Positions 19,095 to 28,203 of a stretch of DNA of 64,000 nucleotides are shown here, one piece after another. This DNA comes from an uncultured Bacillota bacterium. GTDB lineage: Bacteria; Sysuimicrobiota; Sysuimicrobiia; Sysuimicrobiales; Segetimicrobiaceae. Under the pieces are notes generated by a model, which saw only the letters and a list, made by a program, of their open reading frames with translations, had not been told where the DNA came from and ran no database searches. The stretch lies in contig CAWDRG010000017.1 in assembly GCA_963804645.1 (NCBI GenBank), forward strand, positions 288,001 to 352,000, written 5' to 3'. Each line of letters opens with the position of its first letter. The stretch's first letter is position 1. Made by a program: the position numbers and the translations under genes.

Positions 19095-19598
19095 TCAGTC
19101 GCCGGCGGGCGCCGGGAAGAGATCGTCTCGCGGCGCGCAGTCCCGTTTCCACACCATGACGCTGCGCACGTATTCGATGACCACCTGCCCGCGCTGATTC
19201 ACACCTCGCGTGAGCACCTTCACGATCCCCTGCTGCGGGCGAGACCGGGATTCGCGGACCTCGCGGACTTCCGACTCGGAGTAGAGTGTGTCTCCCGCGA
19301 AGACCGGGTGAGGCAACGCGATCGCGTCCCATCCGAGCGCGAACCCATTCTCGCTCACGTCGGTCACGCCCAAGCCGGCGACGATCGCCAGCGTCAGGAT
19401 GCTGTTGACCAGGGGACGCTCAAACTGCGTCTTCCGCGCGTATTCGGTATTGAAGTGAATCTGATTGGTGTTGTTCGTCAGCAGCGTGAACCACGTGTTG
19501 TCAACGTCGGTCACCGTGCGCCCGATGCGGCTCCGATACACATCGCCGACACTGAAGTCCTCAAAAAACCGCCCCTTCCAGCCCTCTTTCACGACCAT
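19095..19598 (-). CDS. MaoC-family dehydratase
   Basis: FFEDFSVGD, GRTVTDVDNTWF...NQIH, PVFAGDTLY, NQRG. Confidence 0.9.
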   Translation of the reverse strand: MVVKEGWKGRFFEDFSVGDVYRSRIGRTVTDVDNTWFTLLTNNTNQIHFNTEYARKTQFERPLVNSILTLAIVAGLGVTDVSENGFALGWDAIALPHPVFAGDTLYSESEVREVRESRSRPQQGIVKVLTRGVNQRGQVVIEYVRSVMVWKRDCAPRDDLFPAPAGD

Positions 19599-19674
19599 CG
19601 CACCTCAGCCTCCTCCCGGATTCGGGCCGCGATCCACGACGCAGTGCGGCCCTCGGATCGCTCCACCACGCGGC

Positions 19675-21084
19675 TTACAAGACACTCCGCAGATCGCGCA
19701 TCAGCGTCACGATTCTGTCGGCGTGCTCGAGGTCCCGGATGGTCGCGATCACGCGATCCTGTACCGTCCTGGCGAGCCGCCCGTCCGCTAACCCCCTGAA
19801 TTTGTCTTCAAGATCGCTCCACGACAGCGGATTCTCAGGTTCACCCTTCGGGATCGGTTGCACGCGGCGCAGCATCTCGCCGTGTCCGCGCACCGTGAGC
19901 GACGCGCCGAGCTGCCGTGGATAGAGCGCCTCGACTTCAGGGTCACACTCCGCACGGATGCGATCCATGAAGGCGACGGCATCCGGCTGCCGTACCATCT
20001 CGTACTCGCGCATCCCAAAACGTCCCCAGAGCAGCGACGCGGCGAGCGCGAAATGCACGCTGAACTGGGCATCGACCGTGTTCTGCGGCCGTCGCTTCTG
20101 CGGCTCCGGCACCGCGACGAGGTCCAGGCCCTTCGCGGGCAGCCCCACCGTCACGGACTCGACGTCATCACGCATCCATGCGTGCTCGGTCCGCAGGGCG
20201 AGCGCCAGATCGATCGCGGCATGGCTGAAGCGGCAGCACGGATACGGTTTGAACGCCGTCCCCAACAGGGCATAAGTGTCACCCAAGCGCGCGACCAGCA
20301 GGGCGGGATCGCTCCCATCGCTGTAGGCGCGCAAAAATCCGTACCGCCCTTCCAGGGCCGCGGCCGACCCGACGAACCCCGCGCGGGCGAGCACGAGGCT
20401 CAGGATGGCGTTGTGTGCGGCCAGCCCCGGATGCAGCCGTTTGTTCCACGCGCCGTTTTCGAGGAACTGCATCGATCCCGCGGCTTGGCTGCCGTTGATC
20501 CCGAATGCGTGCTCCAACCCGTCCGCGGAGACCCCCAGGAGGTTGGCGCCCGCGGCGGTCGCGCCGAAGATCCCCGCCGTTGCCGTGGGATGAAACCCAC
20601 GATCGTAATGCGCCCGCGGATTCGCCGCCATACTAACGCGGCAGGTCACCTCATATCCCGCAACGACGGCCGACAAGAACCGCGCCCCGGACGCCGCGTG
20701 CTCCTCGGCAAGCGCCATGCACACCGCAATGACCGGGGCCCCGGGGTGCAGCGATGCGCGCGCATGCGTGTCGTCGAAGTCCAGGCTGTGCGCGTACGCG
20801 CCGTTGAGCAAGGCCGCGTACTGCGCGGGCAAAGGGGATGGGTGTCCGATGGCGGTGCAAGACCCCTCTCCCGCCAATTCAGCTACGGCATCGGCCATCG
20901 CCGGGGCCGAATCGGAGTCGTGGCTAGCGCGGACCGCGATCCCCACGAAGTCCAGGACGCACTGCTTGGCGTGTTCCAGCACGGGCGCTGGAATTGCGTC
21001 GGCGTCAAGGCTGACGGCGAACTCGGCGAGCCGCCGGGTCGCCCCCCCGTTAGTGGCTTTCAGGCGTGCGTGTGGCCTGTCCAC
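19675..21084 (-). CDS. MmgE/PrpD family protein
   Basis: HSLDFDDTH, HPG, GFHPT, KRLHPG, FKPYPCC, AQFS, KGEPENPL. Confidence 0.9.
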   Translation of the reverse strand: MDRPHARLKATNGGATRRLAEFAVSLDADAIPAPVLEHAKQCVLDFVGIAVRASHDSDSAPAMADAVAELAGEGSCTAIGHPSPLPAQYAALLNGAYAHSLDFDDTHARASLHPGAPVIAVCMALAEEHAASGARFLSAVVAGYEVTCRVSMAANPRAHYDRGFHPTATAGIFGATAAGANLLGVSADGLEHAFGINGSQAAGSMQFLENGAWNKRLHPGLAAHNAILSLVLARAGFVGSAAALEGRYGFLRAYSDGSDPALLVARLGDTYALLGTAFKPYPCCRFSHAAIDLALALRTEHAWMRDDVESVTVGLPAKGLDLVAVPEPQKRRPQNTVDAQFSVHFALAASLLWGRFGMREYEMVRQPDAVAFMDRIRAECDPEVEALYPRQLGASLTVRGHGEMLRRVQPIPKGEPENPLSWSDLEDKFRGLADGRLARTVQDRVIATIRDLEHADRIVTLMRDLRSVL

Positions 21085-21087
21085 GAC

Positions 21088-21288
21088 CTACTCTGCCATC
21101 TGGAACTCGACACTGCGAGCCTCGGTCACCCGTCGAGACGCGTCCAGGATCTCAAGAGAGATGAGATTGCCCTGCTCATCAGAGTCAAGGATCACCCCAG
21201 GCTTCTCCCCGTCGCTCTCGGCGACGGGTGAACCCTCGCGGAGCACAACCCGAAGCGTGTCCGTCCGCTGATCGTCAACAACCTTCAT
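21088..21288 (-). CDS. DUF2283 domain protein (putative antitoxin-like)
   Basis: MKV..D..TDTL.V.L...PVAESD..KPGVILD.DEQGNLISLEILDAS. Confidence 0.8.
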   Translation of the reverse strand: MKVVDDQRTDTLRVVLREGSPVAESDGEKPGVILDSDEQGNLISLEILDASRRVTEARSVEFQMAE

Positions 21289-21344
21289 TTGCTTTCCCTC
21301 CAGCACTTAGAGAGCTTGCTCGTGCGATAGACCGTAGTGACGTC
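21285..21344 (-). pseudogene. C-terminal remnant of a DUF4258-like partner gene
   Basis: Reads DVTTVYRTSKLSKCWRESK*, with ATGA overlap into DUF2283; nothing upstream except the tRNA 3' end. Confidence 0.55.
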
Positions 21345-21393
21345 TGCAGGGTGCCGTACTATGTCAGCAACCTTCAGAAACCCTGGTGTTCCT

Positions 21394-21468
21394 TGGTGGG
21401 CGAGGCAGGAGTTGAACCCGCGACATCCTCGGTGTAAGCGAGGCGCTCTTCCGCTGAGCTACTCGCCC
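21394..21468 (-). tRNA. tRNA-Val(TAC)
   Basis: GGGCGAGTAGCTCAGCGGAAGAGCGCCTCGCTTACACCGAGGATGTCGCGGGTTCAACTCCTGCCTCGCCCACCA forms a cloverleaf with TAC anticodon and encoded CCA. Confidence 0.95.
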
Positions 21469-21471
21469 ACC

Positions 21472-21487
21472 CCCTGAGTATAGCAGA
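21472..21487 (-). promoter_or_regulatory. Extended -10 promoter of tRNA-Val (TGCTATACT)
   Basis: Minus strand TCTGCTATACTCAGGG just upstream of the tRNA; identical 16-mer at 24872-24887. Confidence 0.65.
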
Positions 21488-21800
21488 GCCCTACAATCGG
21501 CGAGGCGGCCCTATTCGCGGCACTCGCTGACGTCATACGATTGGCCCGAGAACGCGTTCCCGCCTGTTCGTGAACCCAGCCTCGCCCGTCCCCCAATCGT
21601 GCATCATTCGCACAGCGTGCCAAGTGGCCGACTTCGATTGGAGGGTGACAGTGTGACATTGATCCTTTCCTGGACGAAGGTGATGAACCCCGACGTACAT
21701 AGGTCACGACCGCGTCACGGATGATCTACTGCCCACCGTTCGATCCACTCTGCGTGACCACGCGGCGGCGTCCGCTGCCCCGCGTGAGCGAGCTACGGCA

Positions 21801-23381
21801 TCACCGGCGGACCGTAAGGCTGGAGAAGTTCGGAACGCCTGGGGTTGCCGTGAACCCCTCGACCCCCTGCCGGTAAGCGTATGCAAAGATGAGCTCGATC
21901 GGCCAAATCCCAACGACGTCGTCCCACAGGATTCCACAGGCCTCCGCGTACAGGACGCGGCGCTGGGTTTGGTCGACGGTCGCGGCCGCCGCGTTGAGGA
22001 TCTGGTCTAGCTGAGGATTGGCGTAGCCGGTCCGGTTTGCCTGCGTCGTGTAGAGCCGCCGGAGGGCAAAATCGGCGTCGCCCGTAGTGTCGCCGTTCGA
22101 GAAGAAGTTCAGGTCCCAGTCGAGCTTGAGCAGCCGATCGATCCAGATGGAGCGTTCCTGCTGATCGTCACGCACCTTCACCCCGATGGCGCCCCAGTAC
22201 GAGACAAACGCCTGGGCCAGCTCACGGTCCTGCGGGCCAGAGCCCGGGTTCCAGGCCATCGCGCACTCGAAGCCGTCAGGGTGTCCGGCGGCCGCAAGCA
22301 ACTGCTTCGCCATGGTGGGATTGTAGGCGAACGGCCGCTGCGGCGCGTACCCGAACGCTGTAGACGGCACCGGCGCCGCCATCCGCCGCCCAACGCCCTT
22401 CATAAGCGTAGCCACCATGGTATCCACATCCAACGCGTAGGCCATTGCCTGACGCACGCGCTTATCGGTAAACGGCTCGCGCTTGATGTTCATCCAGATT
22501 TGGTAGTAGCGAAAGGACGGGGTGCTGGTCACCCGGATCTCCCGGTTCTGCTGCAGCGTCGCGATCTGATCTGGAGGCAGGTTATAGGTCAGGTCGATCT
22601 CACCGGTTATGAGCGCGGTCACGCGGGCCGCGACTTCCGGGATGTCTTTGAACTGGAGCGTCTTCACGCCCGGCGCGGGGCCCCAGTACGCGGCGTTCGC
22701 CTCCAGCACCAGTTCGTTGTCGGGTTGGTACGAGACGACTCGAAACGCGCCGGACCCAATCGGCTTGTTCTGAAAAAAGCTTGGCTGATCCACTTTCGCG
22801 ACCGGCACAATGGAGAGAAGCGTGAGGTTCGGGAGCATAGTCCCGAGCGGTGCCTTCGTCTTGATCCTCACCGTGGCGTCGTTCGGAGCGTCCACGCTGT
22901 CGAGGCTCGTCCATAGCGGTGCGAGCGGTCCGCGCAGCGCGACCAACCGCTCGAGTGATCCCTTCACATCTCCGGCCGTCACGGGGGTCCCGTCAGAGAA
23001 CTTCGCTCCGGGTCGCAGCGTGAAGACCCAGGTCAATGGGTCGGGCGTCTCCCACTTGACCGCCAAGGACGGGAGGTACGCGGCAGACCGTGGACTGCGG
23101 ATCACGAGCGAATCGTAGATGTGGGTTGCTACGAGCCTCACGGAGTCTTCGGCCGAATCGGGCCCGAGCGGGTCAAGACCGACAATACGGGCGGGCAACG
23201 AGACGGTAAGCGTGCCGCTCGGAACACGCGACGCTGGAACCGGGCTCGTCGCCGCAACCGCGCGTTCAGCAGGCCGCGCGGCGTCCGCCGCCACAACGCC
23301 CGCAAGCGTGACCGCTCCCTGGAGCAGTGTCCGCCGGGTTATGTGCCCGGCGCGCTGGTGGAACTCCGCCCCCGTTGTCAC
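21801..23381 (-). CDS. Peptide ABC substrate-binding protein (family 5), Tat-exported
   Basis: ITRRTLLQ signal, FSDGTPVTAGDV, PIGSGAF, VRQAMAYALD. Confidence 0.9.
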   Translation of the reverse strand: MTTGAEFHQRAGHITRRTLLQGAVTLAGVVAADAARPAERAVAATSPVPASRVPSGTLTVSLPARIVGLDPLGPDSAEDSVRLVATHIYDSLVIRSPRSAAYLPSLAVKWETPDPLTWVFTLRPGAKFSDGTPVTAGDVKGSLERLVALRGPLAPLWTSLDSVDAPNDATVRIKTKAPLGTMLPNLTLLSIVPVAKVDQPSFFQNKPIGSGAFRVVSYQPDNELVLEANAAYWGPAPGVKTLQFKDIPEVAARVTALITGEIDLTYNLPPDQIATLQQNREIRVTSTPSFRYYQIWMNIKREPFTDKRVRQAMAYALDVDTMVATLMKGVGRRMAAPVPSTAFGYAPQRPFAYNPTMAKQLLAAAGHPDGFECAMAWNPGSGPQDRELAQAFVSYWGAIGVKVRDDQQERSIWIDRLLKLDWDLNFFSNGDTTGDADFALRRLYTTQANRTGYANPQLDQILNAAAATVDQTQRRVLYAEACGILWDDVVGIWPIELIFAYAYRQGVEGFTATPGVPNFSSLTVRR

Positions 23382-23687
23382 GTGTCACCTCTCCGTCGGT
23401 ACGATCCCACTCGATGGAGCTGCGTTTCGGGCGGGCATCGCCATCATCTGTTTGCTCGATTGTCGAGCGGACTCAGTGATCGTGCGTCGTGTGATGAGGG
23501 TGCGCGAACGCTGAAGCGCGTATCCAAAGGATGGGCGCTGGCCGTGTCGAATTCCGCCCGACGCGAGCATTTAGACACCACGGCCAGCCATTTCCTCCTG
23601 GAGGGATTTCCGTCCTACCGTCGGTGCGCGACGCACGCGTCGTCCGCCGACGCGGAAACCGCATGCTCGGTGTGAGGGGGAATCGCA

Positions 23688-24740
23688 GTGACGAGCGAGG
23701 ATCCGCAGGATCAGCCGTCCACGCCGGAGCGCGAGAGGGCCGAGCGGCTGCACCGCGCGGCAGTGGTGTTCAACGCCCTCGACTGCACCCCGTGGCCGTT
23801 CGGCGACCGCACCTACATGGAGCGCGTGCGTGCGTCGAGCACGACCGCCATAAATCACGCGGTGTCGATCACTGAAGGCCCAGCGCCGGCGGTGCAGGCG
23901 ATGGTGCAGTGGAAACGCGTTTACTGGGAGTTCGACGCCTATGCGGTGCACGGTGAACGTACGGCGCACGTTGCCGAGGCGAAGGCGACGGGGCGGACGG
24001 CGTTCTTCCTCGGATTCGAGGACACCGTGCAACTGGACGGCCGGCTCGCGCTTCTCGAGGCGTTTTACGCGCTGGGGCTGCGTTTTCTCGGCCTCACGTA
24101 CCAGCATCGCAACCAGGTCGCCGACGGCTGCGCCGAGGACGCCGACGCGGGCCTCAGCCGGTTCGGCCGCGCGGTGGTAGACGAATGCAACCGGCTGGGC
24201 ATCGTGCTCGACCTGGCGCATACCGCGCCTCGCAGTAGCATGGAGACCTATCGGCGATCGAAGCACCCCACGATGATCACGCATGCGGCGCTCCGCCACT
24301 TCGTTGACGACCCCCGCAACAAGGCGGATGACGAGATTCGCGCGCTCGCGGATCACGGTGGAATCGTGTGCATCGCCGCGAAGTCCGGGTTCCTTCTCCC
24401 GCAAGGCCAGATCCTGGGCGCGACGATGGACGATTATGTGAATCACATCGAGTACGCCGCCGAGTTGGTTGGTATCGACCATGTGGGCGTGGGCACCGAC
24501 ATCGCCGACGATCGCAAGTACACCCCCGAGACGATGCGCGAGGCGCACCGCCGGTACCCGGAGATTCCGTTCATTAGCGACGACCTCAACATCGCCACGA
24601 TGCATCCCCGCGGGCTCGCGAGTCCTCAGGCTTTGTACTCGGTGACGGCCGCCCTCGTGCGCCGTGGCTTCAGCGACGACGACATCAAGAAGGTGCTCGG
24701 AGGCAACGCGGTCCGCGTCATGGAGGTGGTGATCGGCTGA
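23688..24740 (+). CDS. Membrane dipeptidase (peptidase M19 family)
   Basis: GLSRFGRAVVDECNRLGIVLDLAH, TH...PRNKADDEI, GIDHVGVGTD, LGGNAVRV. Confidence 0.9.
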   Translation: MTSEDPQDQPSTPERERAERLHRAAVVFNALDCTPWPFGDRTYMERVRASSTTAINHAVSITEGPAPAVQAMVQWKRVYWEFDAYAVHGERTAHVAEAKATGRTAFFLGFEDTVQLDGRLALLEAFYALGLRFLGLTYQHRNQVADGCAEDADAGLSRFGRAVVDECNRLGIVLDLAHTAPRSSMETYRRSKHPTMITHAALRHFVDDPRNKADDEIRALADHGGIVCIAAKSGFLLPQGQILGATMDDYVNHIEYAAELVGIDHVGVGTDIADDRKYTPETMREAHRRYPEIPFISDDLNIATMHPRGLASPQALYSVTAALVRRGFSDDDIKKVLGGNAVRVMEVVIG

Positions 24741-24809
24741 CCAGCACGCCCCCAGGCGCCACGCCATTGGTACGATGCGGAGCATCTGGAACGGCTCGAG
24801 AACGCCATC

Positions 24810-24887
24810 GTTGAACCCGCGACATCCTCGGTGTAAGCGAGGCGCTCTACCGCTGAGCTACTCGCCCGCGACCCTGAGTATAGCAGA
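24810..24887 (-). repeat. 3'-truncated copy of tRNA-Val (5' 58 nt) with promoter; direct repeat of 21411-21487
   Basis: 58 nt with one mismatch to the intact tRNA, followed by the same CCCTGAGTATAGCAGA; lacks the 3' T-stem and acceptor strand. Confidence 0.9.
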
Positions 24888-24928
24888 CTCCCGACCGCGG
24901 CGAACGGCCACCGGGCAGGAACCGCTCG

Positions 24929-26185
24929 CTAGTCGCGGACGCGCCGAACGTTCGCCCCGAGACCGCGCAGCTTCTCTTCGAGGCCGTCGTAACCGCGGTC
25001 CAGGTTCTCGAGGTTTGTCACGGCGGTTTCACCCTGCGCGATGAGTCCGGCGATGACCATCGCCGCCCCCGCCCTGATGTCCACGGCTTCCACGGGAGCG
25101 CCAGAGAGATGGGGCACCCCCGTGATAATCGTGGTGTCGCCGTCGACGCGGATGTCCGCACCCATCCGGCGCAGTTCGTCGACGTAGCCAAATCGATTCT
25201 CGAAGATGGTCTCCCGAACCGCGCTGCGTCCGGACGCGATCGTGAGCATCGCCGCGAACTGCGGGTGGAGGTCCGTCGCAAACCCAGGATAGGGAGCCGT
25301 ATCGAGATCCACCGGGCGCAATACCCCATCCGCCCGCACGTGGACCCCCGCGGGATCCAACTCCACCGTGGCGCCGGCATCGGCAAGCTTCGTGAGCAGC
25401 GCCGTGACGTGCTCGGAGATCAGGTCCTCGACCAGCACGTCGCCGTGAGTGGCCGCCGCGGCGATCAGATACGTCCCCGCCTCGATCCGATCGGGGATCA
25501 CCGTGTACGACGCGCCCCGCAGCTTTGTGGTCCCCTCGATCGTCACGGTGCTGGTCCCGGCGCCGCGGACGCGCGCGCCCATCAACGACAGGAACACCGC
25601 GGTATCGACGACCTCCGGCTCGCGGGCGGCGTTCTGCAACGTCGTCACGCCCGGCGTTCTCGATGCCGCCAGCATCAAGTTGATCGTGGTCCCCATGCTC
25701 GTGCGCGGCACGTAGTAGGTCGCGGGAACCAGCCCGGGCGTCTCCGCTTTGAGGTATCCGTGCTCGGTCACGACCCGCGCCCCGAACGCTTCAAAGCCAC
25801 GGATGTGGAAATCGACGGGGCGGCTGCCGATCACGCAGCCTCCCGGCAGCGGGACTTCCGCCCTTCCCACCCGCGCGAGCAGCATGCCCGCCGTATAGAC
25901 GGAGGCGCGCATCTGCCGGCAGAGCTCGTACGGCGCGACGTGGCTCGTAATATCGCGGGCGTCCAGCTCGAGCCGGCCGGGACCGCTCCACTCGGCGACG
26001 ACGCCGAGCGCCCCGAGGATTTCGACCAAGGTGAGAATGTCCCGGCAGTGCGGCACGTTCTCGATGACGGACCGATCCTCGGCAAGCGCGGCGGCCACGA
26101 TGATCGCAAGTGAGCTGTTCTTGGCGCCGGCCACGCGCAGCCGCCCCTCGAGCCTCGCGCCCCCCTCGATCAGGAGGCGCTCCAT
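24929..26185 (-). CDS. murA: UDP-N-acetylglucosamine 1-carboxyvinyltransferase
   Basis: GAKNS, MRAS, LPGGCVIGSRPVDFH (active-site Cys), NAAREPE, PDRIEAGT, PYPGFATDL, FENRF, LDRGY. Confidence 0.97.
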   Translation of the reverse strand: MERLLIEGGARLEGRLRVAGAKNSSLAIIVAAALAEDRSVIENVPHCRDILTLVEILGALGVVAEWSGPGRLELDARDITSHVAPYELCRQMRASVYTAGMLLARVGRAEVPLPGGCVIGSRPVDFHIRGFEAFGARVVTEHGYLKAETPGLVPATYYVPRTSMGTTINLMLAASRTPGVTTLQNAAREPEVVDTAVFLSLMGARVRGAGTSTVTIEGTTKLRGASYTVIPDRIEAGTYLIAAAATHGDVLVEDLISEHVTALLTKLADAGATVELDPAGVHVRADGVLRPVDLDTAPYPGFATDLHPQFAAMLTIASGRSAVRETIFENRFGYVDELRRMGADIRVDGDTTIITGVPHLSGAPVEAVDIRAGAAMVIAGLIAQGETAVTNLENLDRGYDGLEEKLRGLGANVRRVRD

Positions 26186-26204
26186 GCGGGTCTCTCGGGC
26201 GACG

Positions 26205-26495
26205 TCAGCGCGAGCCAGCGGGAGTCCCTCCCAACGCGACGCGCACGTAGCAGCGCACGAGTTCTTCAAGGAGCCGGTCGCGATCGATCTGGCGGATGAG
26301 GGTGCGCGCATCCTTGTGGCTCGTAATGTAGGTAGGATCGCCGGACGTCAAATACCCGACGATTTGGTCCACCGGATTATACCCGCGCTCCGCCAGCGCC
26401 TCGTAGACGTACCGCAGCGCCTCACCCACGTCCCGCAACTGCCGGGTCCCGACCTGAAAGACTCCGGTCTTGTCCTGCTCTCCCACCGCGCTCAC
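26205..26495 (-). CDS. ireB: IreB/ReoM-family (UPF0297) regulatory phosphoprotein
   Basis: [38 protein letters not shown]...[11 protein letters not shown], with N-terminal DKT..F. Start uncertain (GTG 26495 or 26486). Confidence 0.9.
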   Translation of the reverse strand: MSAVGEQDKTGVFQVGTRQLRDVGEALRYVYEALAERGYNPVDQIVGYLTSGDPTYITSHKDARTLIRQIDRDRLLEELVRCYVRVALGGTPAGSR

Positions 26496-26808
26496 CTCGA
26501 TCCCGTCCCGCGGCCTCTGGGCGACCGCCCGGGCACCCACGGCGCCCGGAACAGCGTCCCCGTCTCCCCGCGGCGGCGAGTCATGGCCGCAACAGGGTAG
26601 TGTTCGTCCCACCGCGAACCTTTCCTCTAGACTACCGCGCGGGAATCAACCGCCGCACGGCGTAGCGTTGCGCCGGGGCGGCGCGATTCTTAACACCCGC
26701 GTCATAGAGCGTTCATCCGGAGATCGCGAACGCGACATTATAGCTCGCTAGGTTGGGTAGGTGCACCACGCAGATTCGGGTCGTATACGCAACATCGGGG
26801 GGTGACGA

Positions 26809-28101
26809 ATGCGAAAGTGGACGGCGTGCCTCGTCGTGCTGCTCATCGTCGGCATGCTGATCCCGGGCGGCGCGCGCGCGCAGACCGGGATCACGATCAC
26901 GTACGACTTTCCGATCGGGGTTTCGGGCCCGCTCTACGACCTCATGACCGGAATCGTCAACGACTTCAACCGCACCCATACCGGTATCACGGTGCAGCCG
27001 ATCTTCTCCGGCAACTATGTACAGGCGATGGCGAAGGCGATGACCGGGGTCATGGCCGGCAGCCCGCCGGACGTGGCCGTGCTGGATACCCCTGAGCTGT
27101 ATTCGCTCCTCGACCAGAACGCCATCATCCCGCTTGACGACCTGATCGCCAAGCAGCCGTCCGGATGGCTGGACGACTTCTACGCGGCCCTCCTCTTGAA
27201 CGCGAGGTCCAACGGCCATATCTACAGCATTCCGTACCAGCGCAGCACCGTGATCTTCTTCTACAACAAGGATCTGTTCCAAAAGGCCGGCCTGAATCCG
27301 AATACCCCGCCCAAGAACTGGACCGAGCTCCTCGCCGACGCGCAGAAGCTGACGGTGCGGGATGCCAGCGGGCAGGTCACGCAGTGGGGAGTCGAAGCCC
27401 CGATCGTCGACACGTCCCCCTGGGTCATCCAGGGGTTCTTCATCGAGCAGAAGGCGAAGTACTTCGACGCGCTCAGCGGGAAATGGGTCAAGTTCAACTC
27501 GCCGGAGACCGTCTCGGCCCTGCAGTTCTATCTCGATCTCCAGAATAAATACAAAGTCGCCCCAACCGGACCGTCGAGCGGCACGTTCTGGGGACAGGTT
27601 CCGCAGGACTTCATCCAGCAGAAGGCGGCGATGATCTACACGACGACCGGCAACATGACGTTCATTCGAACGAACGCGCAGTTCAACTGGAACGCCGCGT
27701 TCATGCCCGCGGGCAAGCAGTGGGGCTCGCCGACCGGCGGCGGGAGCATGTACATCTTCAAGACGACGCCCGAACGTGAGCAGGCGGCCTGGACGTTCGT
27801 CACGTGGATGACCGACCCGGTGCAGGCAGCCCGCTGGAGCATCGGGACCGGCTATGTGCCGATCCGGAAGACCGAACTGTCGACGCCGGCGTTCGCCGCG
27901 TACATGCAGCAGGTGCCGCAGGCGCTGACGGCGACGCTCCAGCTCCGGGTCGCGGGCGAGCAGATGACCATCCACGACGTCGATCGCGTTGGGACCATCC
28001 TGTTGACCGCGGTGCAGGAAGCGCAGTCCGGCAAGCGGACCGTGCAGGCGGCGCTCGACGAAGCGCAGCGAGAGGCGACCCAGGATTTGGCGAAGTACTA
28101 G
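26809..28101 (+). CDS. Carbohydrate/glycerol-3-phosphate ABC substrate-binding protein (UgpB-like)
   Basis: Signal peptide, YSIPYQRST..FYNKDLFQKAGL..PKNW.EL, WSIGTGYVP. Confidence 0.85.
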   Translation: MRKWTACLVVLLIVGMLIPGGARAQTGITITYDFPIGVSGPLYDLMTGIVNDFNRTHTGITVQPIFSGNYVQAMAKAMTGVMAGSPPDVAVLDTPELYSLLDQNAIIPLDDLIAKQPSGWLDDFYAALLLNARSNGHIYSIPYQRSTVIFFYNKDLFQKAGLNPNTPPKNWTELLADAQKLTVRDASGQVTQWGVEAPIVDTSPWVIQGFFIEQKAKYFDALSGKWVKFNSPETVSALQFYLDLQNKYKVAPTGPSSGTFWGQVPQDFIQQKAAMIYTTTGNMTFIRTNAQFNWNAAFMPAGKQWGSPTGGGSMYIFKTTPEREQAAWTFVTWMTDPVQAARWSIGTGYVPIRKTELSTPAFAAYMQQVPQALTATLQLRVAGEQMTIHDVDRVGTILLTAVQEAQSGKRTVQAALDEAQREATQDLAKY

Positions 28102-28203
28102 GGTCTGTTGCGGGTGGGAGGTTGCGATCCAAGACCGTGGCGCACGGCCGCGCCGTGACGGGCGCGGCCGTGCGTCCTTCGGGCCGGAGTTGATCGCCGG
28201 CCC

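Noticed and set aside
24810..24867. Second functional tRNA-Val
   Set aside because: Lacks the 3' T-stem, acceptor strand and CCA; the downstream sequence cannot pair.
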